Shown in pieces: positions 27,203 through 34,457 of a DNA stretch of 37,897 nt. Every line of letters begins with the position of its first letter. Positions within the stretch are counted from its first letter, which is position 1. The translations under genes were made by a program, and so were the position numbers. Below the pieces are notes generated by a model. That model ran no database searches. It had not been told where the DNA came from and saw nothing but the letters and a program-made list of their open reading frames with translations. Source of the stretch: a virus (lineage: Duplodnaviria > Caudoviricetes); the IMG/VR virus record IMGVR_UViG_3300005805_000008, positions 1 to 37,897 of that record, one strand, 5' to 3'.

Positions 27203-27663
27203 CGGTAGTTGCGGTTATTTCGATTATATTGGCTGGTGCTGGCTGGAAGTGTTACGTTGTGGGTAAGCAGACTATCCAGCGGGAATGGGATGCTGAGAGG
27301 GCTGCAAATGCCATAGCTGCGGCAGAAGCGGCTAGAAAGCAACAAGAGGTAGCGGACTCTGTAGCCGTGAAGGTAGTAGAGTCTGCTAGAAAAGATAAGG
27401 TTGTTTACCGGACCATTATCAAAGAGGTTGACCGTGTATCGAATGATTGCCCTATTAGTGCTGCTTTCGGGATGCTCCACGATGCAGCCGCAACAGCCAC
27501 CTTGCCGGATAGCAGTACCGCCGGAGCTGATGGTCCCACCATTGCCGCTAAAGACGTTGCCGAAACCGTAGTGGATAATTACGAGTCCTGTCAGGATTCG
27601 ATTAGGCGATTAGAGGCGTTACAGACCATTATCAGGAGTTATAACGGAAGGGTAGCGCCATGA
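27187..27663 (+). CDS. Rz-like inner-membrane spanin
   Basis: N-terminal TM helix, coiled coil, follows the endolysin, contains an embedded lipoprotein ORF. Confidence 0.75.
   Translation: MYWRLAVVAVISIILAGAGWKCYVVGKQTIQREWDAERAANAIAAAEAARKQQEVADSVAVKVVESARKDKVVYRTIIKEVDRVSNDCPISAAFGMLHDAAATATLPDSSTAGADGPTIAAKDVAETVVDNYESCQDSIRRLEALQTIIRSYNGRVAP
27434..27571 (+). CDS. Rz1-like outer-membrane spanin lipoprotein (embedded, +1 frame)
   Basis: GAGG then GTG; MYRMIALLVLLSGC lipobox; Pro-rich mature part; 45 aa. Confidence 0.8.
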   Translation: MYRMIALLVLLSGCSTMQPQQPPCRIAVPPELMVPPLPLKTLPKP

Positions 27664-27968
27664 AATACCTTGCTGCTGTTGTATTGTTGCTAATAACTTG
27701 TTATAGTTTTGCAGATGATTCACAAGCAGCAGGATTTGAGAATAATGCGGGTGGCTGGACGGTTATAACGACTCGAGACCATTATTGCAGCGCCAAAGAT
27801 ATGCACGACGGTTATGCTTTTGGGATTAGTTCGTATATGAGGTTTTGCTGGACTAGACGCTCTAACGCCATACTGGTGGTTTTTGAGAGCGGTGAAACGG
27901 GTACATGGCACGTTGACTCCTTTAGCCTGTTAAAGGATGAGCCAGAGTACAAGGGTAATAAATTTTAA
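27660..27968 (+). CDS. Putative secreted protein
   Basis: Signal peptide MKYLAAVVLLLITCYSFA. Confidence 0.7.
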   Translation: MKYLAAVVLLLITCYSFADDSQAAGFENNAGGWTVITTRDHYCSAKDMHDGYAFGISSYMRFCWTRRSNAILVVFESGETGTWHVDSFSLLKDEPEYKGNKF

Positions 27969-28168
27969 TGCCAAAAAAGATACCTGATGACTGTATGCCA
28001 GCTTGTCAGCAATGTTCGTTTTTTTTAGCAGAGCCTAAAGAAGAATTGGGGTATTGCAGACGCTATCCGCCAATGATTATTACTGTTGGTGATGATAATT
28101 ACGACACGACTTTTCCTGTGGTTGCTAGGGATGAGTGGTGCGGAGAATTCCATCGTTTTGTAAACTGA
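27968..28168 (+). CDS. Small Cys-rich (metal/Fe-S binding?) protein
   Basis: CQQC...GYCRRYPP...WCGEF. Confidence 0.7.
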   Translation: MPKKIPDDCMPACQQCSFFLAEPKEELGYCRRYPPMIITVGDDNYDTTFPVVARDEWCGEFHRFVN

Positions 28169-28171
28169 ATC

Positions 28172-29134
28172 ATGTCAAATAAGAAATTATCTGATCAAGA
28201 GTTTGTTGATCTATGGAACAAGTTGGGGTCTGTTGCTGAAATAGCAAAATTAATGCAAATGGACTACCGCAGTGTTTTCCGTAGGCGCAGAAAAATCGAA
28301 AACAAACTAGGTATAAATTTACTTTCCTTAGATCAGAATAGTCCTAATCTTAGGGTTTTTTACTCCCATAACAATGTTAGAACAAATGTAGAGTTAGAAA
28401 ACGGAGTTATTGTTATAGCCTCAGATTGCCACTACTGGCCCGGCATTATCTCTACAGGTCATCGTGCATTCCTAAAGATCATCAAAGACTTAAAGCCTCA
28501 GATGGTCGTTATGAATGGTGATGTGTTTGATGGGGCTAGTATCTCCAGACACCCGGTTTCAGGGTGGGACGCTCTGCCTAACGTAAAACAAGAACTAGAA
28601 GCCTGTCAGGAGCGCTTAAATGAGGTCGAGAAGGCTGCAAAAGGTGCTGCCTTGCACTGGACTTGGGGTAATCACGATATGCGCTTTAACGCCCGTTTAG
28701 CGTCTCAGGTAGGGGAAACATTTAAGGGTGTTATCGGCATGAACCTGACAGACCATTTCCCGATGTGGAAGTTCTCTATCAGCTTAATGGTTAACGATCA
28801 TACAATGATTAAGCATCGTTATCATAATGGCATTCATGCTGCTTACAACAATGCTCTAAAAGCTGGCACTTCTATCGTTACCGGGCATTTGCATTCGCTT
28901 AAGGTTACGCCTTGGTCTGATTACGGTGGAAGCAGGTACGGTGTGGACACTGGGACTTTATGCAATATTGATGGAGACCAGTTCGGCTATGCTGAAGATA
29001 ATCCAAGAAATCACAGGTCTGGCTTTGCTGTACTGACATTCCACGAAGGTAAGCTAATGCCGCCAGAACTCTGTGAGGTTATCGACGAGGACGAAGGACT
29101 AGCTTACTTTAGGGGCGAAGTAATAAAGGTATAA
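28172..29134 (+). CDS. Calcineurin-like metallophosphoesterase with N-terminal HTH
   Basis: SDCH, GDVFD, GNHD, GHLH motifs. Confidence 0.88.
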   Translation: MSNKKLSDQEFVDLWNKLGSVAEIAKLMQMDYRSVFRRRRKIENKLGINLLSLDQNSPNLRVFYSHNNVRTNVELENGVIVIASDCHYWPGIISTGHRAFLKIIKDLKPQMVVMNGDVFDGASISRHPVSGWDALPNVKQELEACQERLNEVEKAAKGAALHWTWGNHDMRFNARLASQVGETFKGVIGMNLTDHFPMWKFSISLMVNDHTMIKHRYHNGIHAAYNNALKAGTSIVTGHLHSLKVTPWSDYGGSRYGVDTGTLCNIDGDQFGYAEDNPRNHRSGFAVLTFHEGKLMPPELCEVIDEDEGLAYFRGEVIKV

Positions 29135-29173
29135 ACTGTAGGCACTTGTTCAGAAGTACCGACATTTTGCCAC

Positions 29174-29338
29174 TTATCCATTAGATTCCTCATTTATTAT
29201 TAGTTTAAATTTAGACCTAAGTACGTCAGGCAAAATTTCACGCATATAATGCGGCATTAGCCATTTAGCTTCATTTATATCCATAAACTCTGTCATATCA
29301 GCAACAAAATTAATTAAATTTTTTTCTTCTTTATTCAT
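29174..29338 (-). CDS. Hypothetical protein (54 aa, not in track)
   Basis: MNKEEKNLINFVADMTEF...; TAATG coupling to the upstream minus-strand ORF. Confidence 0.5.
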   Translation of the reverse strand: MNKEEKNLINFVADMTEFMDINEAKWLMPHYMREILPDVLRSKFKLIINEESNG

Positions 29339-29511
29339 TAGATTGCGCCTATTTTTTCTGCTATAACTTCCTGCAATCGTTCAATTTCAGACCTTAGATA
29401 ATTAATTTCCCTTTGTCTGGATTCGTAACCAGCCATCCATGTCCTAAAATCATCTAAGGTTGCATCGGGCTTATTATCGTTAGCCCATGCGTCAAACAGA
29501 GTTCTTCTCAC
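29338..29511 (-). CDS. Hypothetical protein (57 aa, not in track)
   Basis: GTG start overlapping the MazG stop (GTGA), GGAG SD; MRRTLFDAWANDNK... Confidence 0.6.
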   Translation of the reverse strand: MRRTLFDAWANDNKPDATLDDFRTWMAGYESRQREINYLRSEIERLQEVIAEKIGAI

Positions 29512-29819
29512 GTTGTATTCTCCCTGATAAATGCTCCGTCTTTATTAAGGTAGCCTTTACGGTCCTTAATTTCGTTATACGCAGATTTAAGGCACTTTGT
29601 CAGGTCTAGATTCTCTAAAGCCCCGATGTTAATAAGACATACAAGCACATCGCCAAGACCGTCAACAATAGCAGGTCTGTCCCGTTTAATGATAGCATCT
29701 GCAAGTTCTCCCATCTCTGATACAGCTTTTAACATCTGCGTTTTAGAATCTGAATTAGCTATGATTCCTCTGGCTTCTGACCATCGGATTACATCTAACT
29801 CTACGATATTCCAGCTCAT
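29508..29819 (-). CDS. MazG-like nucleotide pyrophosphohydrolase
   Basis: WSEARGI, SEMGELA, DGLGDVLV, AYNEIKDRKG. Confidence 0.85.
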   Translation of the reverse strand: MSWNIVELDVIRWSEARGIIANSDSKTQMLKAVSEMGELADAIIKRDRPAIVDGLGDVLVCLINIGALENLDLTKCLKSAYNEIKDRKGYLNKDGAFIRENTT

Positions 29820-30007
29820 TTAGCCATTTCCTCAATTTCAACGATAGGCAAGCCAAATGCTTTGTGGATTGCAATTATCATTTCAGCAGAGACCTTTGCC
29901 TTATTGTTTCGTATGCGGCTAATCGTTGGTGCGCCGACTTTCAGTTTGAGAGAAAGCTGACGGTCATTTTTAAGGTCAAAGCGTTTTTGCAGTTCATCAA
30001 GAATCAC
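29816..30007 (-). CDS. Small HTH (Cro/XRE-like) DNA-binding protein
   Basis: NDRQLSLKLKVGAPTISRIRN; AGGAG SD. Confidence 0.75.
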   Translation of the reverse strand: MILDELQKRFDLKNDRQLSLKLKVGAPTISRIRNNKAKVSAEMIIAIHKAFGLPIVEIEEMAK

Positions 30008-30027
30008 GTATTTCTCCTGTTATGGTT

Positions 30028-30331
30028 ACCAACATGGAAGGGTAGGTTGCATTCCCTTGCTGGCTGTGTGCGTTATGCCACTATCGCCCTATGGCCTACC
30101 CTTTCATCTTGGTGCAAGGTCACTAGCGGAAGGAGGTCTAAGAGACTGCTAGCCCTTGCTGCCGGTGTTACACGCCACTACCGGCTTGGCGTATTGGGTG
30201 AGCCTACTCGCTGCGTCTGTATTGGTGCTGATCTCCAATGTTTTTGGGCCTCCAGCTCTAGAAACCTTTGGGACATCCAGTAGCAATTCAGCTTTTGCCT
30301 CTAACAATTTACAGTATCCGCTTTTGGCTCA
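30028..30331. ncRNA. Candidate structured RNA array
   Basis: Contiguous stems 30028-30113, 30114-30159, pseudoknot 30161-30193, stem 30199-30331; no credible ORF. Confidence 0.6.
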
Positions 30332-30335
30332 TAGA

Positions 30336-30587
30336 CTAAAAAGGAATATCCTGATTCATATCATCGTCAATCGGCTCGTAAACTTTCTCTTTATGAGGGC
30401 GAGCTTCTTTAGGCTTTACTGACAGGCTAAAGAACTTCTCCCCCGTCTCCTTATTCGTCTTGAGCCAGCCATTGAGCCAGTACTGTTTGCCCTCTACCGT
30501 AATCTTTCCTGAGTAATCTGGGTGGTTCTCTTGAGTCTTGGCTTTGTTCTTACCAAGGTCTCCACTATTTTCTGGATCGTATGCCAT
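30336..30587 (-). CDS. Small SSB-like protein (DUF736-like)
   Basis: HPDYSGKITV...WLNGW...FSLSV; acidic DDDMNQDIPF tail. Confidence 0.75.
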   Translation of the reverse strand: MAYDPENSGDLGKNKAKTQENHPDYSGKITVEGKQYWLNGWLKTNKETGEKFFSLSVKPKEARPHKEKVYEPIDDDMNQDIPF

Positions 30588-30594
30588 ATATTCC

Positions 30595-31248
30595 CTATCG
30601 AGTTGTAAATTTCTTAATTGCTGCCCGTTGCTTACTATCTAACAAACTCCAAAGGGCTGTCTTGGAATCTGCGTCTAACTCTGATTGTTCAATAAACTGA
30701 ACAGCGCCTTCTACGTCATCTAAAGCCAGCAGGGATATAACGTTAACGCCAATGCTACGGATAGCCTCCTGTTCCTCGCTGGTCATATTGTCGAATACGT
30801 CTTTAGTAATAGGCTTAACGGACTTGGGAGCCTCTGATCCAGTCGTAGCGTCTAGTGCATCATGCTCGACAATCTCAAGGGCTGTAACGTAAAGGTAGCG
30901 TCTACTGTAGGTCTCTACCGCACCTAGATTTTGTATAGGATGGCAGCCCTTCAGGTTTGCGTCAGCCATCGGACTAGTAAATGTAATGCAGCCACCAGAC
31001 ACTATAGTTCCATTACTATCTACTACTGGGTTTGTATCAATTATGCGTAACTCAGCGTAATCTTTAGTAAAGCTAACAACTGAACAGAGTCCAAGTTCAT
31101 TGAATATCTGGTTAATGGTAGGCAGGAAATCGCCTAGTTCAAAGTACTGGTATCCAGCAAACTTATTGTGTCCCGACTTCTTTAGTGGCGCAGCTTGCAG
31201 CATCATCCGAGCCTTTTGCAGCTTTGCGTAGACTTGATATTCAGACAT
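30595..31248 (-). CDS. ERF-family single-strand annealing protein
   Basis: KKSGHNKFAGYQYFEL, QNLGAVETYSRRY; adjacent to the SSB-like gene. Confidence 0.85.
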   Translation of the reverse strand: MSEYQVYAKLQKARMMLQAAPLKKSGHNKFAGYQYFELGDFLPTINQIFNELGLCSVVSFTKDYAELRIIDTNPVVDSNGTIVSGGCITFTSPMADANLKGCHPIQNLGAVETYSRRYLYVTALEIVEHDALDATTGSEAPKSVKPITKDVFDNMTSEEQEAIRSIGVNVISLLALDDVEGAVQFIEQSELDADSKTALWSLLDSKQRAAIKKFTTR

Positions 31249-31251
31249 TAT

Positions 31252-31425
31252 TTAACCTTTGAATTTTTTATACTGCACGATATTGAGTTCCCGAACTTCC
31301 TGAACAGGCTGTACCTTATTAGCCTTAGCTTGCATTTCTTTGCGAGCCTTTGCAAAGGTCTTAGCAATGTTTGTATTGACGGAAGGGACATATTTAAAAT
31401 CAGGGTCTAGTATGGATTTACTCAT
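31252..31425 (-). CDS. Hypothetical protein (57 aa, not in track)
   Basis: MSKSILDPDFKYVPSVNTNIAKTFAKARK...; fills the operon gap. Confidence 0.65.
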   Translation of the reverse strand: MSKSILDPDFKYVPSVNTNIAKTFAKARKEMQAKANKVQPVQEVRELNIVQYKKFKG

Positions 31426-31520
31426 ATTGAACAGGCTAGAACATAAAGAATAACCATTAGGGCAACCAGCACTTTAGGGTGTCTAGCTAACCAGTCATCA
31501 GTCGAGAGAAGTTTGTTCAC
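31422..31520 (-). CDS. Small membrane peptide (32 aa, not in track)
   Basis: GTG start; MNKLLSTDDWLARHPKVLVALMVILYVLACSI; ATGA overlap with next gene. Confidence 0.5.
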   Translation of the reverse strand: MNKLLSTDDWLARHPKVLVALMVILYVLACSI

Positions 31521-31695
31521 GTTTCATCCTTTCCATTTCCATAATAATCATGTCTACGTATGCTAGAGCTTGACCGAATGATTCAATGTCTTTGCCGATA
31601 GACTTGCAGAGCATTTCACGAGCGATTCTCATGCCCTCTGCGATACCGTCTTTATACGCTCTGGTCCGAACGTCGCTGATAATTGGATTTTCCAT
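31498..31695 (-). CDS. Hypothetical protein
   Basis: Track ORF 31498-31713; probable ATG 31695 coupled by TAATG. Confidence 0.6.
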   Translation of the reverse strand: MENPIISDVRTRAYKDGIAEGMRIAREMLCKSIGKDIESFGQALAYVDMIIMEMERMKREQTSLD

Positions 31696-31994
31696 TAGAT
31701 TCTGTCTTTCCATGCTGAATACGCAGCATCCTCACGCTCACGGCGAATATCGTCTGCCGTAAGCTCAATCGGATCGGTTTTCATTGTTTCTGTAGCCCTG
31801 CAAACCATTGCTGCTATTTCGTTACTCATAGCCGTTTGTAGCTTGGCTGCATCTTTGCGGTTCTCAGACCAGACGAATAACAGTCTTGAGAATTCTTCAC
31901 GCACTTGATCTTCGTCAAGATTGACTAGAAAATCATCTGGGTAGCCAGTAGTAATTTCGTTAATTAGGTAGCTCTGCAATTCATGGATATTCAT
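31695..31994 (-). CDS. Hypothetical early protein (first gene of leftward operon)
   Basis: AGGAG SD, 99 aa. Confidence 0.7.
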   Translation of the reverse strand: MNIHELQSYLINEITTGYPDDFLVNLDEDQVREEFSRLLFVWSENRKDAAKLQTAMSNEIAAMVCRATETMKTDPIELTADDIRREREDAAYSAWKDRI

Positions 31995-32161
31995 ATTTAT
32001 CTCCTAGTAGCCGCGTGTTGCGGTAAGTGAATAATACATGGGAATGATGTTTGTGTGCAAAATATTTTCTATCGGTAATCTGTTGCTGATAGATAAAATC
32101 AATTGACAAATGTATTATCCTGCCGCAATATTCTTCGGCAGCTTAATTTAAGGAGGAAATT
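31995..32161. promoter_or_regulatory. Divergent promoter/operator region
   Basis: Leftward TTGCAC-18-TATTAT; rightward TTGACA (32103)-17-CAATAT; central imperfect palindrome CTATCGGTAA-N4-TTGCTGATAG. Confidence 0.65.
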
Positions 32162-32344
32162 ATGAAAGTTGCGGAAAAGGCAATATTAATATTTTGGTTT
32201 ATTTGTGGTGGGTTGGCTATTTACTGGGGCATTAAAGTACATAATATGCCGCCAAAGCTGCCCTGTGCGGTGGCTGAGATTAGCCCTGACTTTAGCCATG
32301 AGGATAGACAAAAATGCAGGATAATTCGGAGTCACAAATTATGA
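32162..32344 (+). CDS. Small membrane-anchored protein
   Basis: AAGGAGG SD, N-terminal TM helix, CAVAEISPDF...C. Confidence 0.7.
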   Translation: MKVAEKAILIFWFICGGLAIYWGIKVHNMPPKLPCAVAEISPDFSHEDRQKCRIIRSHKL

Positions 32345-32353
32345 GAGAAGATA

Positions 32354-32587
32354 ATGAGCCAGCACCCATCTTGCAGTGGAAACCCTTGCAAACCTTCTTG
32401 CCCAAATTGTCCCCTAGAGGTCAACCCATTGAGCAGCGATCATTTAAAACCTGCACAAGCAGAATCCCCGAAGCCAAGTTATTTTGGTACTAGGTTCTGC
32501 TACGGGTGCAAGAAAAGCAGGAGCAATAAACAGTTCCAAGATGGCAACGTCTGTAAGATTTGCACGTTGCGTGGCGTTAAGGTATAG
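32354..32587 (+). CDS. Cys-rich Zn-finger-like protein
   Basis: CPNC, CYGC, CKIC. Confidence 0.55.
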   Translation: MSQHPSCSGNPCKPSCPNCPLEVNPLSSDHLKPAQAESPKPSYFGTRFCYGCKKSRSNKQFQDGNVCKICTLRGVKV

Positions 32588-32588
32588 T
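32560..32588 (+). promoter_or_regulatory. Sigma70-like promoter of the replication operon
   Basis: TTGCAC-17 nt-TATAGT. Confidence 0.65.
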
Positions 32589-32596
32589 AGTTACGT

Positions 32597-32698
32597 GCTT
32601 GGCGGCGCGAATTAGGCAAGCCCTAGAAGGGACTCTGCTGGTAGCCTACCAGTCCGCCAACACCGTTATCGGTGAGAGTCTCTCCTAGGGCTTTTTTT
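32597..32698 (+). ncRNA. C4/P4-CI-like antisense-attenuator leader RNA
   Basis: TTGGCGG 32599 is complementary to unpaired CCGCCAA 32654 in a cloverleaf closed by stem 32618-32693 plus a U-run. Confidence 0.65.
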
Positions 32699-32711
32699 AT
32701 TGGAAAAAGCT

Positions 32712-33377
32712 ATGAATTACTACCAGTTTCATATAGGCGATTACATTAGCCATACGCATCATTTAAGCAACGAGGAAGATCTTACCTATCGTAGGATGCT
32801 TGATTTTTATTATCAATCTGAGAAACCTTTTAATGATGAAGATGTTGAGAAAATTGCAAAAAGAGTGAAGTCACATCCAGAAATTGTTACTCAAATTCTT
32901 GAGGAGTTTTTTGAATATGATGTAAGTGATTATTGTTGGCACAATAAAAGAGCAGATGCTGAAATAGCCAAATATCATCTGAAATCAGATAGCGCAAGAA
33001 AGGCAAATCAGAAACGATGGGGATCTGAAGATCATCTGAAATCAGATCTGAAATCAGATGCCGATCAGATCCTAACCAATAACCAAGAACCAATAACCAA
33101 TAACCATAAAAAAGAATATATTGATCGATTTGATATTTTCTGGAAGCAATATCCACGTAAGGTAGCAAAGCCTAATGCATTGAAGTCTTGGCTCAAGATT
33201 AAACCAGATGATGTTGTCTTAAAGAAAATGTTAGCTGCAATCAATCATCAAGGGCTTCCCAGTAGAGAAATTCAATTTGTTCCACACCCAGCATCATGGC
33301 TAAATGCTCAACGTTGGGAAGACGAAATAACAGCACCTGCGAATAACGGAATGACTATGGAGAGGCGCGTACTATGA
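32712..33377 (+). CDS. YdaU/DUF1376-family replication initiator
   Basis: MNYYQFHIGDY...LSNEEDLTYRRMLDFYY; C-terminal FWKQYPRK...HPASWLNAQRWEDE. Confidence 0.85.
   Translation: MNYYQFHIGDYISHTHHLSNEEDLTYRRMLDFYYQSEKPFNDEDVEKIAKRVKSHPEIVTQILEEFFEYDVSDYCWHNKRADAEIAKYHLKSDSARKANQKRWGSEDHLKSDLKSDADQILTNNQEPITNNHKKEYIDRFDIFWKQYPRKVAKPNALKSWLKIKPDDVVLKKMLAAINHQGLPSREIQFVPHPASWLNAQRWEDEITAPANNGMTMERRVL
32977..33112. repeat. Putative replication origin: iterons and A-rich heptamers
   Basis: ATCTGAAATCAGAT at 32977, 33034 and 33046; then TAACCAA-type repeats. Confidence 0.7.
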
Positions 33378-33802
33378 TCGGAAATCTACTCAATCGCCTA
33401 GAGAAGGTAAAAGGCTCTAAGGGTCGCTGGACTGCTTGCTGTCCTGCTCACGCTGACCGTAGTCCTAGCTTAGCAATCACGGCTCTTGACGATGGTCGCA
33501 TTCTGCTCAAGTGCTTTGCCGGATGTTCTGCTCAGGAAATAGTAACGTCAGTCGGTATGGACATCGGTGACCTGTTTCCTAAAGAAAACAAACTAGGGTA
33601 TTCCAGCGACAATCAGCGACAAAAACCTGAACGCCGACCATTTTATGCGACAGACCTGCTACGAATCATCCATTTTGAGGCACTTTTAACGTCACTGGCT
33701 GCGTTTGATTTGTCCGAGGGTAGGCAGGTATCAGATACCGATAGAAAACGGCTTAAAACGGCTTTTGAGCGGATCAACGAAGCGGCTAATTATATTAACT
33801 AG
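33374..33802 (+). CDS. Primase zinc-binding-domain protein
   Basis: WTACCPAHADRSPSL...LKCFAGC; no TOPRIM domain. Confidence 0.8.
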   Translation: MIGNLLNRLEKVKGSKGRWTACCPAHADRSPSLAITALDDGRILLKCFAGCSAQEIVTSVGMDIGDLFPKENKLGYSSDNQRQKPERRPFYATDLLRIIHFEALLTSLAAFDLSEGRQVSDTDRKRLKTAFERINEAANYIN

Positions 33803-33811
33803 GAGAAAAAT

Positions 33812-34033
33812 ATGAAGGCGTTTCCAATAAGCAAAGATAATGGTCATTCTGAAAATCAGGATGGTATGGATTTACGTGATTATTTTGCAGCTAAGGCGTT
33901 GTATGGAATGGTATCAAATGATGCTTGGTTTGGGAAAGATGAATCATGGGATTCTGTTGATTCGATGACAAAGGAGTATGCTGATGAGGCTTATAAATTT
34001 GCTGACGCAATGATGAAGGCAAGGAAAATATGA
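33812..34033 (+). CDS. Small phage protein
   Basis: GMDLRDYFAAKAL...AYKFADAMMKAR motif; GGAG SD. Confidence 0.75.
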   Translation: MKAFPISKDNGHSENQDGMDLRDYFAAKALYGMVSNDAWFGKDESWDSVDSMTKEYADEAYKFADAMMKARKI

Positions 34034-34455
34034 ATAGGCCAATTTACGAAACACAAAAAGATTTAACCCGTGAAAAATCAATCGGTGATGTTTTGGCTAG
34101 GGTTTGGAAAGCTGAGTTGCATAAATTGCCTCGGTCATATCATGTGGATTGGATGATTACTAAAAATAAACAAGTAAAAGCATTTGCTGAATTGAAGTGC
34201 CGAAATAATGCTAGTAATCAATATCCAAGTTTGATGTTGTCTTTGCACAAGTGGATGCACGGTAAGCAATTAGCTGCTGAGGTATCTGGAGATTTTTTGA
34301 TTATTGTTCAGTGGCAAGATGGGTTGTTTTATTTCAAAGAATCTGGATTTGATGTCACTTATAACTTTGGTGGAAGAAAAGATAGGGAAGACGATCAGGA
34401 TATGGAGCCGGTAGTACATATACCTGTTAATTATTTTAAACAAATTATTGGATAA
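34030..34455 (+). CDS. Putative PD-(D/E)XK nuclease-like protein
   Basis: VDW...AELKCR. Confidence 0.55.
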   Translation: MNRPIYETQKDLTREKSIGDVLARVWKAELHKLPRSYHVDWMITKNKQVKAFAELKCRNNASNQYPSLMLSLHKWMHGKQLAAEVSGDFLIIVQWQDGLFYFKESGFDVTYNFGGRKDREDDQDMEPVVHIPVNYFKQIIG

Positions 34456-34457
34456 AT

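Noticed and set aside
29864-30422. Plus-strand ORFs of 139 and 88 aa
   Set aside because: Antisense to the operon, overlap real genes, no clear SD; region better explained as structured RNA
32618-32693. tRNA call for the cloverleaf
   Set aside because: No T-loop TTCRA, D-loop GG, anticodon arm geometry or CCA
33072-33108. CRISPR-like short repeats
   Set aside because: Tandem 7-mers without spacers inside a coding sequence; no cas genes
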